A DNA stretch of 64,000 bases. Origin: Bacilli bacterium (GTDB lineage: Bacteria; Bacillota_I; Bacilli_A; RF39; UBA660). The translations under genes and the position numbers were made by a program. The stretch is from the NCBI GenBank assembly GCA_017472015.1, contig JAFURC010000026.1, positions 5,427-69,426 of the forward strand, read 5' to 3'. Under the pieces are notes generated by a model. That model saw nothing but the letters and a program-made list of their open reading frames with translations, had not been told where the DNA came from and did not search any database. Shown in pieces: positions 21,308-31,178 of this stretch (within the stretch, counting starts at the first letter, position 1; every line of letters starts with the position of its first letter).

Positions 21308-22016
21308 TTATAAAAGAGTTTTAGCATATTTACTTGATATAGTTATTGTTACTTTAGTAGCAACTTTGTTAACCATGTTTATACCTGCAAGTGAAGAGTA
21401 TCAACAAAAATCAAATGAACTTACTGATGTAATTGAAAGTTATACAAATAAGGAGATAACTGATGAAGAATACTTAGAAAAAATTAATGATATTAGTTAT
21501 GTTATTAATAAAGAAACTGTTTCAACTTTAATTGTAACTGTTGTCTTAACTACAATTTACTTTGTAGTAGTAGCATATTATATGGAGGGACAAACCCTTG
21601 GTAAAAAAATAATGAAATTAAAAGTTGTTTCAACAGATGATAATAAACTCACAATGAATAAATTATTAATTCGTAGTTTAATTGTTGATTCTATTTTAAT
21701 GAATATTATAAGTATTGTTACTATATTACTAATGACAAAAAGTATGTATTTACAAACTTATGATATTGTAACAACCATCTTTGGAGCAATTTATATTGTT
21801 ATATTTTCAATGATTTTATTTAGAGAAGATGGAAGAGGTCTTCATGATATAATTGCTAAAACAAAGGTAATTTCAACTGAAGAAAAAATTGAAGAACTTG
21901 CTGTAATAAAAGAAGAAATAGAAGAAAATAAAACTATTGAAACAAAAAAAGAAGGAAATAAAGAGATAAAAAAAGAAAAAACTACTAGAACAACTAAAAC
22001 TAGTAGAAAAAAATAG
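21291..22016 (+). CDS. RDD family membrane protein
   Basis: KRVLAYLLD, GQTLGKKIMKLKVV, LHD.IAKT.V. Confidence 0.9.
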   Translation: MKKPVSYKRVLAYLLDIVIVTLVATLLTMFIPASEEYQQKSNELTDVIESYTNKEITDEEYLEKINDISYVINKETVSTLIVTVVLTTIYFVVVAYYMEGQTLGKKIMKLKVVSTDDNKLTMNKLLIRSLIVDSILMNIISIVTILLMTKSMYLQTYDIVTTIFGAIYIVIFSMILFREDGRGLHDIIAKTKVISTEEKIEELAVIKEEIEENKTIETKKEGNKEIKKEKTTRTTKTSRKK

Positions 22017-22073
22017 AAAAAGAAAGAACTTATCAATATATTAAGTTCTTTTCTAAAATAAAAAGGAGAAACT

Positions 22074-23178
22074 ATGGAATTAAATGAAATTAGAAATCAA
22101 CTTTTAAATTTAAAAGAAAAAGAAGAAGAATTATGGGGGTTACTTTGACATTCCTGGTAAACAAAGTAAAATAAAGGAATTAGAAAGTATAACTCAAGAA
22201 CCTAATTTTTGGTCTGATAAAAATTACGTTAATAAAGTAATGGATGAATTAAATAATTTAAAAGATATTGTTAATAATAATATTGAATTTAAAGACAAAA
22301 TAGAAAATAATTTAGAATTATTGGAAATATTAGAACTTGAAAGTGATTCAAATATTCAAGAAGAACTTGTAAATGATTTAGAAAATTTAAAAAACAAGAG
22401 TTTAGAAATTGAGTTATTTACACTTTTAAATTCACCATACGATAAAAATAATTGTATCTTAGAAATACATGCTGGAGCCGGTGGAACTGAAGCTTGTGAT
22501 TGGGCTGGTATGTTATATAGAATGTATCTAAGATATATTGAACGCCATAATTTTAAAGTTTCAACGATTTCTTATTTAGAAGGAGAAGAAACGGGTATTA
22601 AAAGTGTTTCTATAAGAGTTGAAGGCATGTATGCTTATGGTTATTTAAAAGGTGAAAAAGGAGTTCATAGACTAGTTAGATTATCTCCATTTGATACTAA
22701 TAATAAACGACATACATCATTTGCCTCAATTGATATTGTACCTGATTTTGGTGAAGTAGAAGATATTCAAATAGAAGATAAAGATTTAAAAATTGATGTT
22801 TATAGAAGTAGTGGAGCCGGAGGACAACATGTAAATACAACCGATAGTGCGGTTAGAATTACCCATTTACCAAGTAAAATAGTGGTTTCTTGTCAAAATC
22901 AAAGAAGTCAAATTCAAAATCGTGAAGAAGCCATGAAAATGTTAAAAAGTAAATTAAAACTTTTAAATATTGAAAAACAAAGTCAAGAATTAAACTCTAT
23001 AAAAGGAGAAAGTTTAAATATTGAATTTGGTTCGCAAATAAGAAGTTATGTAATGCACCCTTATTCTATGGTAAAAGATCATAGAACTAACCATGAAACT
23101 AGTAATGTTTCTAAAGTTTTAGATGGTGATCTTGATGAATTTATAACAATGTATTTAAAAAATAATGTTAATAATTAA
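22074..23178 (+). CDS. prfB: peptide chain release factor 2, programmed +1 frameshift at 22143-22149
   Basis: ATG 22074, 24 codons to CTT-TGA-C with internal SD GGGGG 3 nt upstream; +1 frame has SPF and GGQ. Confidence 0.97.
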
Positions 23179-23222
23179 GAAGTAGTATAGCTATTTCTTT
23201 TTTTTATTTATGAAGGTGATTT

Positions 23223-23810
23223 ATGAGAAAACTAAAAAAATATCTATTTTTATTAATAATTTTATTAATAGCAGCAGTTAATTTTAATATAATTTTAAAA
23301 CCTCTTAATTTAGCAAGTGGTGGCACTCAAGGATTAGCAATTATAATAAGTCATATTTTTAAAATAACTCCAGCTACTATAATCTTAATAATTAATTTAT
23401 TAATGCTTATTATTAGTTATTTTATATTACCTAAAGAAACAACATATGGAACTATTATAGCAACATTTATTTATCCTTTTTTAGTTAAATTAACAAGTAA
23501 TTTAAATTTTTTAAATATATCAGATAATTATATATTTATATTGGTGATATTATCGGGAATTACTTGTGGAATTACTGGCGGTTTAATTTATAAATTAGGT
23601 TTTTCATCAGGTGGTTTGAATGTAATTGCTTTAATTATTAGAAAATATTTTCATATTAATATTGCGATTACTAACTTTATTTTAAATACAATTATTATAT
23701 TACTAGGATATTTCTATTTTGGTATTATTAAAGGTCTATATGCAATTTTAGTAATTTTAATTAATAGTTATATAATAAACAAGATATTAATTTGGAAAAA
23801 ACGGATATAA
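23223..23810 (+). CDS. YitT family membrane protein
   Basis: LASGG..GLA, GFSSGG; multi-TM. Confidence 0.85.
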   Translation: MRKLKKYLFLLIILLIAAVNFNIILKPLNLASGGTQGLAIIISHIFKITPATIILIINLLMLIISYFILPKETTYGTIIATFIYPFLVKLTSNLNFLNISDNYIFILVILSGITCGITGGLIYKLGFSSGGLNVIALIIRKYFHINIAITNFILNTIIILLGYFYFGIIKGLYAILVILINSYIINKILIWKKRI

Positions 23811-23934
23811 ATTGCTTAAGGAATTTAAATTTATTTTTCTTATATTGAAATTTCTTAAATTTAGTAAATTAAAATTTAATATATAAAAAAATTGATTTTT
23901 ATGATATACTATTTTCGTTTTTGAGGTGTTTTGT

Positions 23935-26745
23935 ATGGATAAAATTGTAATTAAAGGTGCAAGAGAGAATAATTTAAAAAATATTGATTTAGAATTACCT
24001 AAAAATAAATTAATTGTTATGACTGGATTATCAGGATCGGGAAAAAGTAGTTTAGCATTTGATACTATTTATGCTGAAGGAGAAAGAAGATATGTTGAAT
24101 CACTTTCTGCTTATGCTAGACAATTTTTAGGGGGATCAGAAAAACCTGATGTTGATTCAATTGAAGGATTATCACCTAGTATTTCAATTGATCAAAAGAC
24201 AACTAGTAAAAATCCAAGATCAACAGTTGGAACTGTAACGGAGATTTATGATTATTTAAGACTTTTATTTGCAAGAATTGGGATACCTTATTGTCCTAAT
24301 CATAATATTCCTATTACTAGTCAAAGTGTTGAAGAAATCGTTAATAAAATAGAAGAATTTGAAATAGGGACTAAATTAATTATTTTAGCACCGGTAGTTG
24401 ATAGTGAAAAAGGTACCCATAAGGATATTTTAGATGATTTAAGAAAAGATGGTTTTATAAGAGTTCGCATTAATGGTGAAATGGTTGATTTATCAGAGGA
24501 GATAAATTTAGATAAAAATACTAAAGATACAATTGATGTAGTAGTTGATCGAATTGTTTTAAAAGAAGGAATTAGAAGTCGTTTATATGAATCAATTGAA
24601 ACAGCAACTAATATGGCTAATGGAAAAGTATTAGTAAATGTAGTAGGTGGAGAAGAAATATTGTTTTCAACGACTTATGCTTGTCCTCATTGTAATTATT
24701 CAATTGCTAAACCTGAACCTAGAATGTTTAGTTTTAATGCTCCATATGGGGCTTGTCCTGAATGTAAGGGGCTTGGTTTAAAACTTAAAATTGATGTTGA
24801 TTTAGTTATTCCTGATGATACTTTAAGTTTAAATGAAAAATGTATTAAAACTTTAAATGATGATCAAGATTCAATTGAATATAAAAGATTAAAAGCGGTT
24901 TGTGATTATTATAAAATTGATATGGATAAACCATTTCAAAGTTTAACTAAAAAAGAAAAAAATATTATTTTATATGGTTCTCCTGATATTTTAACGTTTA
25001 ATATTACAAGTCGAAGTGGAAATGTTACTAAAAATAAAGATTATTTTGAAGGAGTTATTAATAATCTTGAAAGACGTTATATGGAAACATCAAGTGAATG
25101 GATTAGAGAATGGCTTGAACAATATATGATCGAACTTCCATGTGAAGTATGTAATGGAGCCAGATTAAATGAAAGTGTTTTAAATATTAAAATAAATAAG
25201 AAAAATATTTATGAAATTACTTGTTTTTCTGTTAAAGAATTAATTAATTGGTTTGAAAATTTAAATTTAACTGAATCTGAAAAGAAAATATCGGAATTAG
25301 TTGTTAAAGAAATTGAAAATCGTTTAAATTTCTTAAAGAATGTTGGTCTTGAATATTTAACATTATCCAGAATGAGTGGAACTTTATCAGGTGGTGAGGC
25401 TCAAAGAATTCGTCTGGCTACGCAAATTGGTTCTAGGTTAACAGGAGTCTTGTATGTATTAGATGAACCTAGTATTGGACTTCATCAAAAAGATAATGAA
25501 AAATTAATTAAATCACTTTTAGATATGCGTGATCTTGGAAATACTTTAATTGTTGTTGAGCATGATACGGATACTATGCTTGCTAGTGATTACTTAGTTG
25601 ATATCGGTCCAGGTGCTGGAGAAAACGGAGGTTATGTAATTGCTGCAGGAACTCCTGAAGAAGTCAAAAATAATGAAAATAGTATTACTGGTCGTTATTT
25701 AAGTGGTAAAGAATGTATTGAAACACCACAAAAAAGGAGAAAAGGCATAAATAAGTCAATTGAAATAAAAGGAGCCAGTGAAAATAATTTACAAAATATA
25801 AATGTTAAAATTCCTCTTGGAACGCTTACATGTGTAACTGGTGTATCAGGATCAGGAAAAAGTAGTTTAATAATGCAAATACTTGCTAATGCTTGTATGA
25901 GTCATATCTATAAATCAAAAGTAAAACCTGGTAAACATAAAAAAATACTTGGACTTGATAATTTAGATAAAGTTGTAATTATAACCCAAAATCCAATTGG
26001 AAGAACTCCAAGAAGTAATCCGGCAACTTATACAGGAGTATTTGATGATATAAGAGATTTATTTACAAATACTAAAGAAGCTAAGATGCTTGGATATGGT
26101 AAAAATAGATTTTCTTTTAATGTTAAAGGTGGAAGATGTGAGGCATGCCGAGGAGATGGTGTTAAGAAAATCGAAATGCATTTCTTACCAGATGTTTACA
26201 TACCATGTGAAGTTTGTAAAGGAAGTCGTTATAACAGTGAAACTTTATCAATTAAATATAAAGATAAAAACATTGCGGAAGTATTAAATATGCGTGTAAC
26301 CGAAGCGTTAGAATTTTTTGATAATGTTCCTAAAATAAAAAGCAAACTTCAAGTAATGGAAGATGTAGGTCTTGGATATGTTAAACTTGGTCAAAGTGCA
26401 ACAACTTTATCAGGTGGAGAAGCAGGACGTGTTAAATTATCTAAAGAACTTCAAAAGAAAGCTACAGGTAAAACTTTATTTATCCTTGATGAACCAACAA
26501 CAGGTTTACATATGGCAGATATAAAAAGATTACTAGCAATTCTTCAAAGAATAGTTGATAATCAAGATACTGTTGTTGTGATTGAACATAATTTAGATGT
26601 TATTAAATCTGCTGACCATATAATTGATTTAGGTCCAGATGGAGGAACTGGTGGTGGAACAATAGTTGCCGAAGGAACACCTGAAGAAGTAGCCAAAGTC
26701 AAGAATAGTTATACTGGAGAATTCCTAAATAAAATATTAAAATAG
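23935..26745 (+). CDS. uvrA: excinuclease ABC subunit A
   Basis: two GxSGSGKS Walker A, LSGGE signatures, zinc fingers. Confidence 0.98.
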   Translation: MDKIVIKGARENNLKNIDLELPKNKLIVMTGLSGSGKSSLAFDTIYAEGERRYVESLSAYARQFLGGSEKPDVDSIEGLSPSISIDQKTTSKNPRSTVGTVTEIYDYLRLLFARIGIPYCPNHNIPITSQSVEEIVNKIEEFEIGTKLIILAPVVDSEKGTHKDILDDLRKDGFIRVRINGEMVDLSEEINLDKNTKDTIDVVVDRIVLKEGIRSRLYESIETATNMANGKVLVNVVGGEEILFSTTYACPHCNYSIAKPEPRMFSFNAPYGACPECKGLGLKLKIDVDLVIPDDTLSLNEKCIKTLNDDQDSIEYKRLKAVCDYYKIDMDKPFQSLTKKEKNIILYGSPDILTFNITSRSGNVTKNKDYFEGVINNLERRYMETSSEWIREWLEQYMIELPCEVCNGARLNESVLNIKINKKNIYEITCFSVKELINWFENLNLTESEKKISELVVKEIENRLNFLKNVGLEYLTLSRMSGTLSGGEAQRIRLATQIGSRLTGVLYVLDEPSIGLHQKDNEKLIKSLLDMRDLGNTLIVVEHDTDTMLASDYLVDIGPGAGENGGYVIAAGTPEEVKNNENSITGRYLSGKECIETPQKRRKGINKSIEIKGASENNLQNINVKIPLGTLTCVTGVSGSGKSSLIMQILANACMSHIYKSKVKPGKHKKILGLDNLDKVVIITQNPIGRTPRSNPATYTGVFDDIRDLFTNTKEAKMLGYGKNRFSFNVKGGRCEACRGDGVKKIEMHFLPDVYIPCEVCKGSRYNSETLSIKYKDKNIAEVLNMRVTEALEFFDNVPKIKSKLQVMEDVGLGYVKLGQSATTLSGGEAGRVKLSKELQKKATGKTLFILDEPTTGLHMADIKRLLAILQRIVDNQDTVVVIEHNLDVIKSADHIIDLGPDGGTGGGTIVAEGTPEEVAKVKNSYTGEFLNKILK

Positions 26746-26766
26746 CATGAAATGTCATGTTATTTT

Positions 26767-26782
26767 TATTTCCCAGGAAATA
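26767..26782. promoter_or_regulatory. Noc-binding-site-like palindrome TATTTCCCAGGAAATA
   Basis: identical to 644-659; 1 mismatch to NBS. Confidence 0.65.
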
Positions 26783-26990
26783 AAATATTGTGAAAAATGT
26801 AATTATTTATGTAAAATACTGATATTTGTGCAGTTCATCATAATAAATATACTGGATTTTATGAATGATAATAATTAGATTATATAAAAAATAATATACT
26901 CACTACTGATTAGATGACAATAAGGCGAATTATAAATTCCTTTAAATACATTATATTAAAATAAATGTATATAATATTATTAGATAGACT

Positions 26991-27018
26991 TAACGTACGT
27001 TGGAAAGTACGTTATAAT
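26991..27018 (+). promoter_or_regulatory. yefM-yoeB operator overlapping -10
   Basis: inverted repeat TAACGTAC...GTACGTTA, GTAC cores 12 bp apart as in the E. coli yefM-yoeB operator; TATAAT 27013-27018. Confidence 0.7.
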
Positions 27019-27040
27019 ATAAATAAGTGAGGTGAAAATT

Positions 27041-27295
27041 ATGGAAATAATTAACATAACTAATGCTAGACAAAATTTATTTCAATTAATATCTGATGTC
27101 AATAAAGGATTTAATCCAATTAATATTGTTAATAGTAAAGGTGATGATGCTGTTTTAATATCCGGATCTGATTGGCGTGATATAGAAGAAACAATTTATT
27201 TAAATTCTATTCCTGGATATGTGGATTCGGTAAAAGAAGCATTAGAAGAAGATAGAAGCAAATGTAGTGTTTATAAAAAAGGTGAAAAATGGTAG
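27041..27295 (+). CDS. yefM: Phd/YefM family antitoxin
   Basis: TNARQNLFQLI, AVLIS..W..IEET.YL.SIPG. Confidence 0.92.
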   Translation: MEIINITNARQNLFQLISDVNKGFNPINIVNSKGDDAVLISGSDWRDIEETIYLNSIPGYVDSVKEALEEDRSKCSVYKKGEKW

Positions 27296-27564
27296 AATAC
27301 AAAATTATTTTTTCAAAATTAGCAGACAAAGATAAAAAATTATTGAAACAGGCAGGACTAGAAGAAAAAACAATTAATATGCTAGATATGATAAGTGAAA
27401 ATCCTTACCAAACACCACCTACATACGAAAAATTAAAAGGAAATTTAGATAGTTTGTTTTCAAGAAGAATAAGTTTGCAGCATAGATTAGTTTATAAGGT
27501 ATATGAAGATACCAAAGAAATTTTTATTGTAAGAATGTGATTTCATTATGATAAAGTTAAATAA
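27289..27564 (+). pseudogene. yoeB: Txe/YoeB toxin with in-frame TGA (27538-27540) before the C-terminal HY
   Basis: YEKLKGNL...SRRI..QHRLVY; reads IVRM*FHYDKVK* where homologs read RMWxHY. Confidence 0.75.
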
Positions 27565-27613
27565 TAATTTCACAGTTATTTACTAATTAGATCTGAATTA
27601 TAATGTAAAAAAA

Positions 27614-27629
27614 TATTTCCTGAGAAATA
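27614..27629. promoter_or_regulatory. degenerate Noc-binding-site-like palindrome TATTTCCTGAGAAATA (may double as terminator)
   Basis: 2 mismatches to NBS; A/T-run flanks. Confidence 0.45.
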
Positions 27630-27710
27630 TTTTTTCAGTTTTTATACTAAAAATTATACCAAAAGTTGTTTTTTTTATAAAAAAAATATATACTTGTTGT
27701 AGGTGATGTC

Positions 27711-28508
27711 ATGAATAGAATTGCAATTGATTTAGGTTTTATACAAATATATTGGTATTCAATTACTATGCTTTTAGGTGTTTTATTAGGTGGAACGATT
27801 GCTTATTTAGAACTTAAAAGATTAAAAATTGATACTAAATACTTTTTTGATATGATTTTTTATGTAATTATATTTGGTTTTCTTGGAGCAAGAGCATATT
27901 ATGTTTTATTTAATTTAGATTATTATTTAGCTAATCCATCAGAAATGATTGCTATTTGGAATGGTGGGCTTGCTATTCATGGTGCTATACTTGCAGGAAC
28001 TTTAACTATTATTTTATATAGTTTAAAACATAAAAAAAGTAAAAATGAAATTATCAGATATTTAGATATTTGTTCACTTGGAATTATTGTTGGTCAAATA
28101 ATTGGTCGTTGGGGAAATTTCTTTAACGGGGAAGCCCATGGAGGAATAACAACAAAATCCTTCTTAGAAAGTATTCATATACCAGAGTTTATTATTAAAG
28201 GTATGACTATTAATGGATTAGTTTATCATCCAACTTTTCTTTATGAATCTACTTTAAATTTAATAGGTTTAATATTTTTGTTAATTATAAGAAAACATAA
28301 AAAATTAAAAAATGGAATGCTTTTATCAATTTATCTGATGTGGTATTCAGTAGTTAGATTCTTTATAGAAAGTATGCGAACAGATAGTTTGATGTTCATG
28401 AATTTAAAAATGGCTCAAGTAATATCAATTGTTTTATTTATAGTTGGTTTAATTAGTTTTATTATTTCGAAAAAATATGGTAATAATTATAATAGAGAGG
28501 AGAAATAA
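27711..28508 (+). CDS. lgt: prolipoprotein diacylglyceryl transferase
   Basis: GARAYYV, GGLAIHG, IGRWGNFFN.E, HPTFLYES. Confidence 0.97.
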   Translation: MNRIAIDLGFIQIYWYSITMLLGVLLGGTIAYLELKRLKIDTKYFFDMIFYVIIFGFLGARAYYVLFNLDYYLANPSEMIAIWNGGLAIHGAILAGTLTIILYSLKHKKSKNEIIRYLDICSLGIIVGQIIGRWGNFFNGEAHGGITTKSFLESIHIPEFIIKGMTINGLVYHPTFLYESTLNLIGLIFLLIIRKHKKLKNGMLLSIYLMWYSVVRFFIESMRTDSLMFMNLKMAQVISIVLFIVGLISFIISKKYGNNYNREEK

Positions 28509-28511
28509 AAT

Positions 28512-29408
28512 ATGTATGATTGTATAATAATAGGTGGTGGAATATCAGGAATTACAGCTGCTGTTTATTTAAAGCATGCTAATAAAAAAGTATTATTAAT
28601 TGAAAAAAGTGCTTTAGGTGGTATCTTAAATAAAATTAGTAAAATTGAAAACTATCCAGGATATAAAAGTGTAACTGGACCAGATCTTGCTTATAATTTG
28701 TATGAACAAGTTAAATATAATGAAATTGAAGTTTTAGAAAGTACGGTTATATCAATTGAAAATCAAGGTAATACTAATCTTGTTAAATTAAAAGATAAAG
28801 AATTAACTTGCAAATATTTAATTTTAGCAACTGGAAAAGAAGCGCGGAAATTAAATTTAGAAAATGAAGATAGATTAGTTGGAAGAGGTATTAGTTATTG
28901 TGCTTTATGTGATGGACCATTCTTTAGAAACAAAGAAGTTGCAGTTATTGGAGCCGGTGATTCAGCACTTCTTGAAGCATTATATCTATCGAATATTTGT
29001 TCTCACATAACAATTATTAATAAATATTCCAAGTTTAAGTGTAAAGAAACTTTACTAAATCAAGTTTTAAAAAAAGAAAATATTACAATTTTATATGATA
29101 GTATGACAAAATCTTTAAATGAAGAAAATGGTTTATTAAAATCAATTACTTATATGAAAGATGAAAAAGAAGAAGAATTACAAGTATCAGGTGCTTTTGT
29201 TTATATCGGAAGTACACCTAATATATTTGATATAAATTTAGAATTAGATGGTAATTATATTAAAGTAAATGAAGATATGGAAACAAGTATTGAACGTATT
29301 TATGCTATTGGGGATGTTATTAAAAAAGATATTTATCAATTAACAAATGCTGCAAGTGAAGGAATGATTGCAGCAACTAATATAATTAAAAGATTAAATA
29401 AGGAGTAA
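28512..29408 (+). CDS. trxB: thioredoxin-disulfide reductase
   Basis: IIGGG..G, ENYPG, SYCALCDG, GAGDSA, YAIGD. Confidence 0.9.
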   Translation: MYDCIIIGGGISGITAAVYLKHANKKVLLIEKSALGGILNKISKIENYPGYKSVTGPDLAYNLYEQVKYNEIEVLESTVISIENQGNTNLVKLKDKELTCKYLILATGKEARKLNLENEDRLVGRGISYCALCDGPFFRNKEVAVIGAGDSALLEALYLSNICSHITIINKYSKFKCKETLLNQVLKKENITILYDSMTKSLNEENGLLKSITYMKDEKEEELQVSGAFVYIGSTPNIFDINLELDGNYIKVNEDMETSIERIYAIGDVIKKDIYQLTNAASEGMIAATNIIKRLNKE

Positions 29409-29410
29409 TT

Positions 29411-30346
29411 ATGTCGTTTACAACCAAAGTAAAAAATGAAATAAGTAATAATTATAATAATTCTAGTGCAAATATGGCTGAATTATCGGCTATTCTTAGA
29501 AATTCTTATCTAAAAGAATTAAATAATATTGAAATCACCACAGAAAATTCAACAGTTTGTAAACATATTTATACACTTTTTAAAGAAATTTATAATATAA
29601 ATGTCAAGACAGAATTTAAAGATACTAAATTTAGTAAAAATCGTTTATATATAATTACTGTATTAGATAAATTAGAAATTATTTTAAAAGATTTAGCAGT
29701 TATCTCAGAAAATAATGAGTTTTTAGATATTCCAAGTGAATATTTAATTAACTCAGAAGATGAAAAGAGAGCATACTTAAAAGGAACTTTCTTAATGACA
29801 GGTAGTATAAACGATCCTAAAACTTCGATGTATCATTTAGAATTTTTCATAGATTATTTAGAAGAAGCTAATTTCTTTTCTAATTTATTAAATGAATTTT
29901 ATTTAAATAGTAAAGTAATTGAACGCGAAAAAGGTTATATGGTTTATATCAAAGAGGCTGAAAAAATTGGGGACTTTTTAAGAATAATTGGAGCCAATCT
30001 TGCCGTTATGTATTATGAAGATATTAGAATTTATCGTGATCATAAGAATATGACTAATCGACTTAATAATTGTGAACAAGCAAATATTGAAAAAAGTATG
30101 TTAACATCTTCCAAACAAATTGAAGATATTAATTTAATAATTGAAAAACTAGGACTTGATTTTGTTGATAGTAAAATTGAAGAAGTTATTAATTATCGAT
30201 TAAAATATCCAGAAACATCTCTTCAAGAATTAAGTGAAATCATGACAATTGAAACTGGTAAACAAATTACTAAATCAGGACTTAATCATCGTTTTCGAAA
30301 AATAAAGGAATTAGCAACTAGAATAAGAGAAAATAAAGAAGATTAA
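29411..30346 (+). CDS. whiA: DNA-binding protein WhiA
   Basis: MSFTTKVKNEI, GSINDP..YHLE, NRLNNCE.AN, KSGLNHR. Confidence 0.95.
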   Translation: MSFTTKVKNEISNNYNNSSANMAELSAILRNSYLKELNNIEITTENSTVCKHIYTLFKEIYNINVKTEFKDTKFSKNRLYIITVLDKLEIILKDLAVISENNEFLDIPSEYLINSEDEKRAYLKGTFLMTGSINDPKTSMYHLEFFIDYLEEANFFSNLLNEFYLNSKVIEREKGYMVYIKEAEKIGDFLRIIGANLAVMYYEDIRIYRDHKNMTNRLNNCEQANIEKSMLTSSKQIEDINLIIEKLGLDFVDSKIEEVINYRLKYPETSLQELSEIMTIETGKQITKSGLNHRFRKIKELATRIRENKED

Positions 30347-30365
30347 AGTTTTTAAGGGGGAAAAC

Positions 30366-30959
30366 ATGATAATATGGATAAATGGATCATACGGATCGGG
30401 TAAAACTCAAACAGCCTATGAACTTCAAAGAAGACTTGATAATTCCTATGTATATGATCCTGAAAATATTGGTTATTTCTTAGATAAAAATTTGCCAACT
30501 GAATTTTCTAAAATAAAACAAGGAAATTTTCAAAATTATGAACTTTGGAGAAACTTTAATTATGAAATAATATCATATATAGCATCTAATTATGATGGAA
30601 TTTTAATTATTCCTATGACAATTATTAACAAACAATATTATGATCAAATAATTGGTAATTTAGAAAAAAAATTTGATGTTAAACACTTTATTTTATCAAT
30701 CGATAAAGAAACTAATTTAAAAAGACTTGCTAAAAGATTTGATAATAAGAATCCTTGGTTTATAGAACAAATTGAACTTTCCGAAAAAGCATTTCAAAAT
30801 GATATTCCTGGCATTAAATTGAAAACTGATAATTTATCAATAACTGAAGTTGTTGAATTAATTGCAAAAAAGACTAATTTAGAATTAATAGAAGATAAAA
30901 GAACAAATTTTCAAAAAAAATTAGATCGAATTAAGACTCAAATAAAACATATACGTTAA
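30366..30959 (+). CDS. AAA/P-loop protein, TmrB (tunicamycin resistance) family
   Basis: MIIWINGSYGSGKT..A.EL..RL, YDPE.IG, FQ...LWR. Confidence 0.8.
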   Translation: MIIWINGSYGSGKTQTAYELQRRLDNSYVYDPENIGYFLDKNLPTEFSKIKQGNFQNYELWRNFNYEIISYIASNYDGILIIPMTIINKQYYDQIIGNLEKKFDVKHFILSIDKETNLKRLAKRFDNKNPWFIEQIELSEKAFQNDIPGIKLKTDNLSITEVVELIAKKTNLELIEDKRTNFQKKLDRIKTQIKHIR

Positions 30960-30999
30960 AAAAACTATCTTAATGGCATAATACTTTTAAGATAGTTTT
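30960..30999 (+). terminator. intrinsic terminator
   Basis: AAAACTATCTTAA/TTAAGATAGTTTT 13-bp stem. Confidence 0.65.
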
Positions 31000-31178
31000 A
31001 AATTTTTTATAAGGTAAAAGTCAATTGAAAAAGAAAATTTACTTTGAAGAAATTATATAAAACTAAAATCTTTTCAAATGTTATTTAAATTTTGTAATCA
31101 AAGATTTAAGTCTATTTTGAAAATATTAAGTAATATGATATATTAACGATGTAGAATAAATAAAAATTAGGTGAGTTT

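Noticed and set aside
23811-23934. Expected SOS box upstream of uvrA
   Set aside because: No GAAC-N4-GTTC match is visible
26790-26980. Possible gene remnant between uvrA and yefM
   Set aside because: No ORF or recognisable peptide could be reconstructed
27538-27540. Genome-wide UGA=Trp (code 4)
   Set aside because: RF2 with its UGA frameshift site is present, TGG is used for Trp throughout, and yabP ends at TGA at its expected C-terminus
26761-27640. yefM-yoeB as an integron cassette or MITE bounded by inverted repeats
   Set aside because: The flanking palindromes match Noc sites and also occur at 644; no attC structure, target duplication or integrase seen
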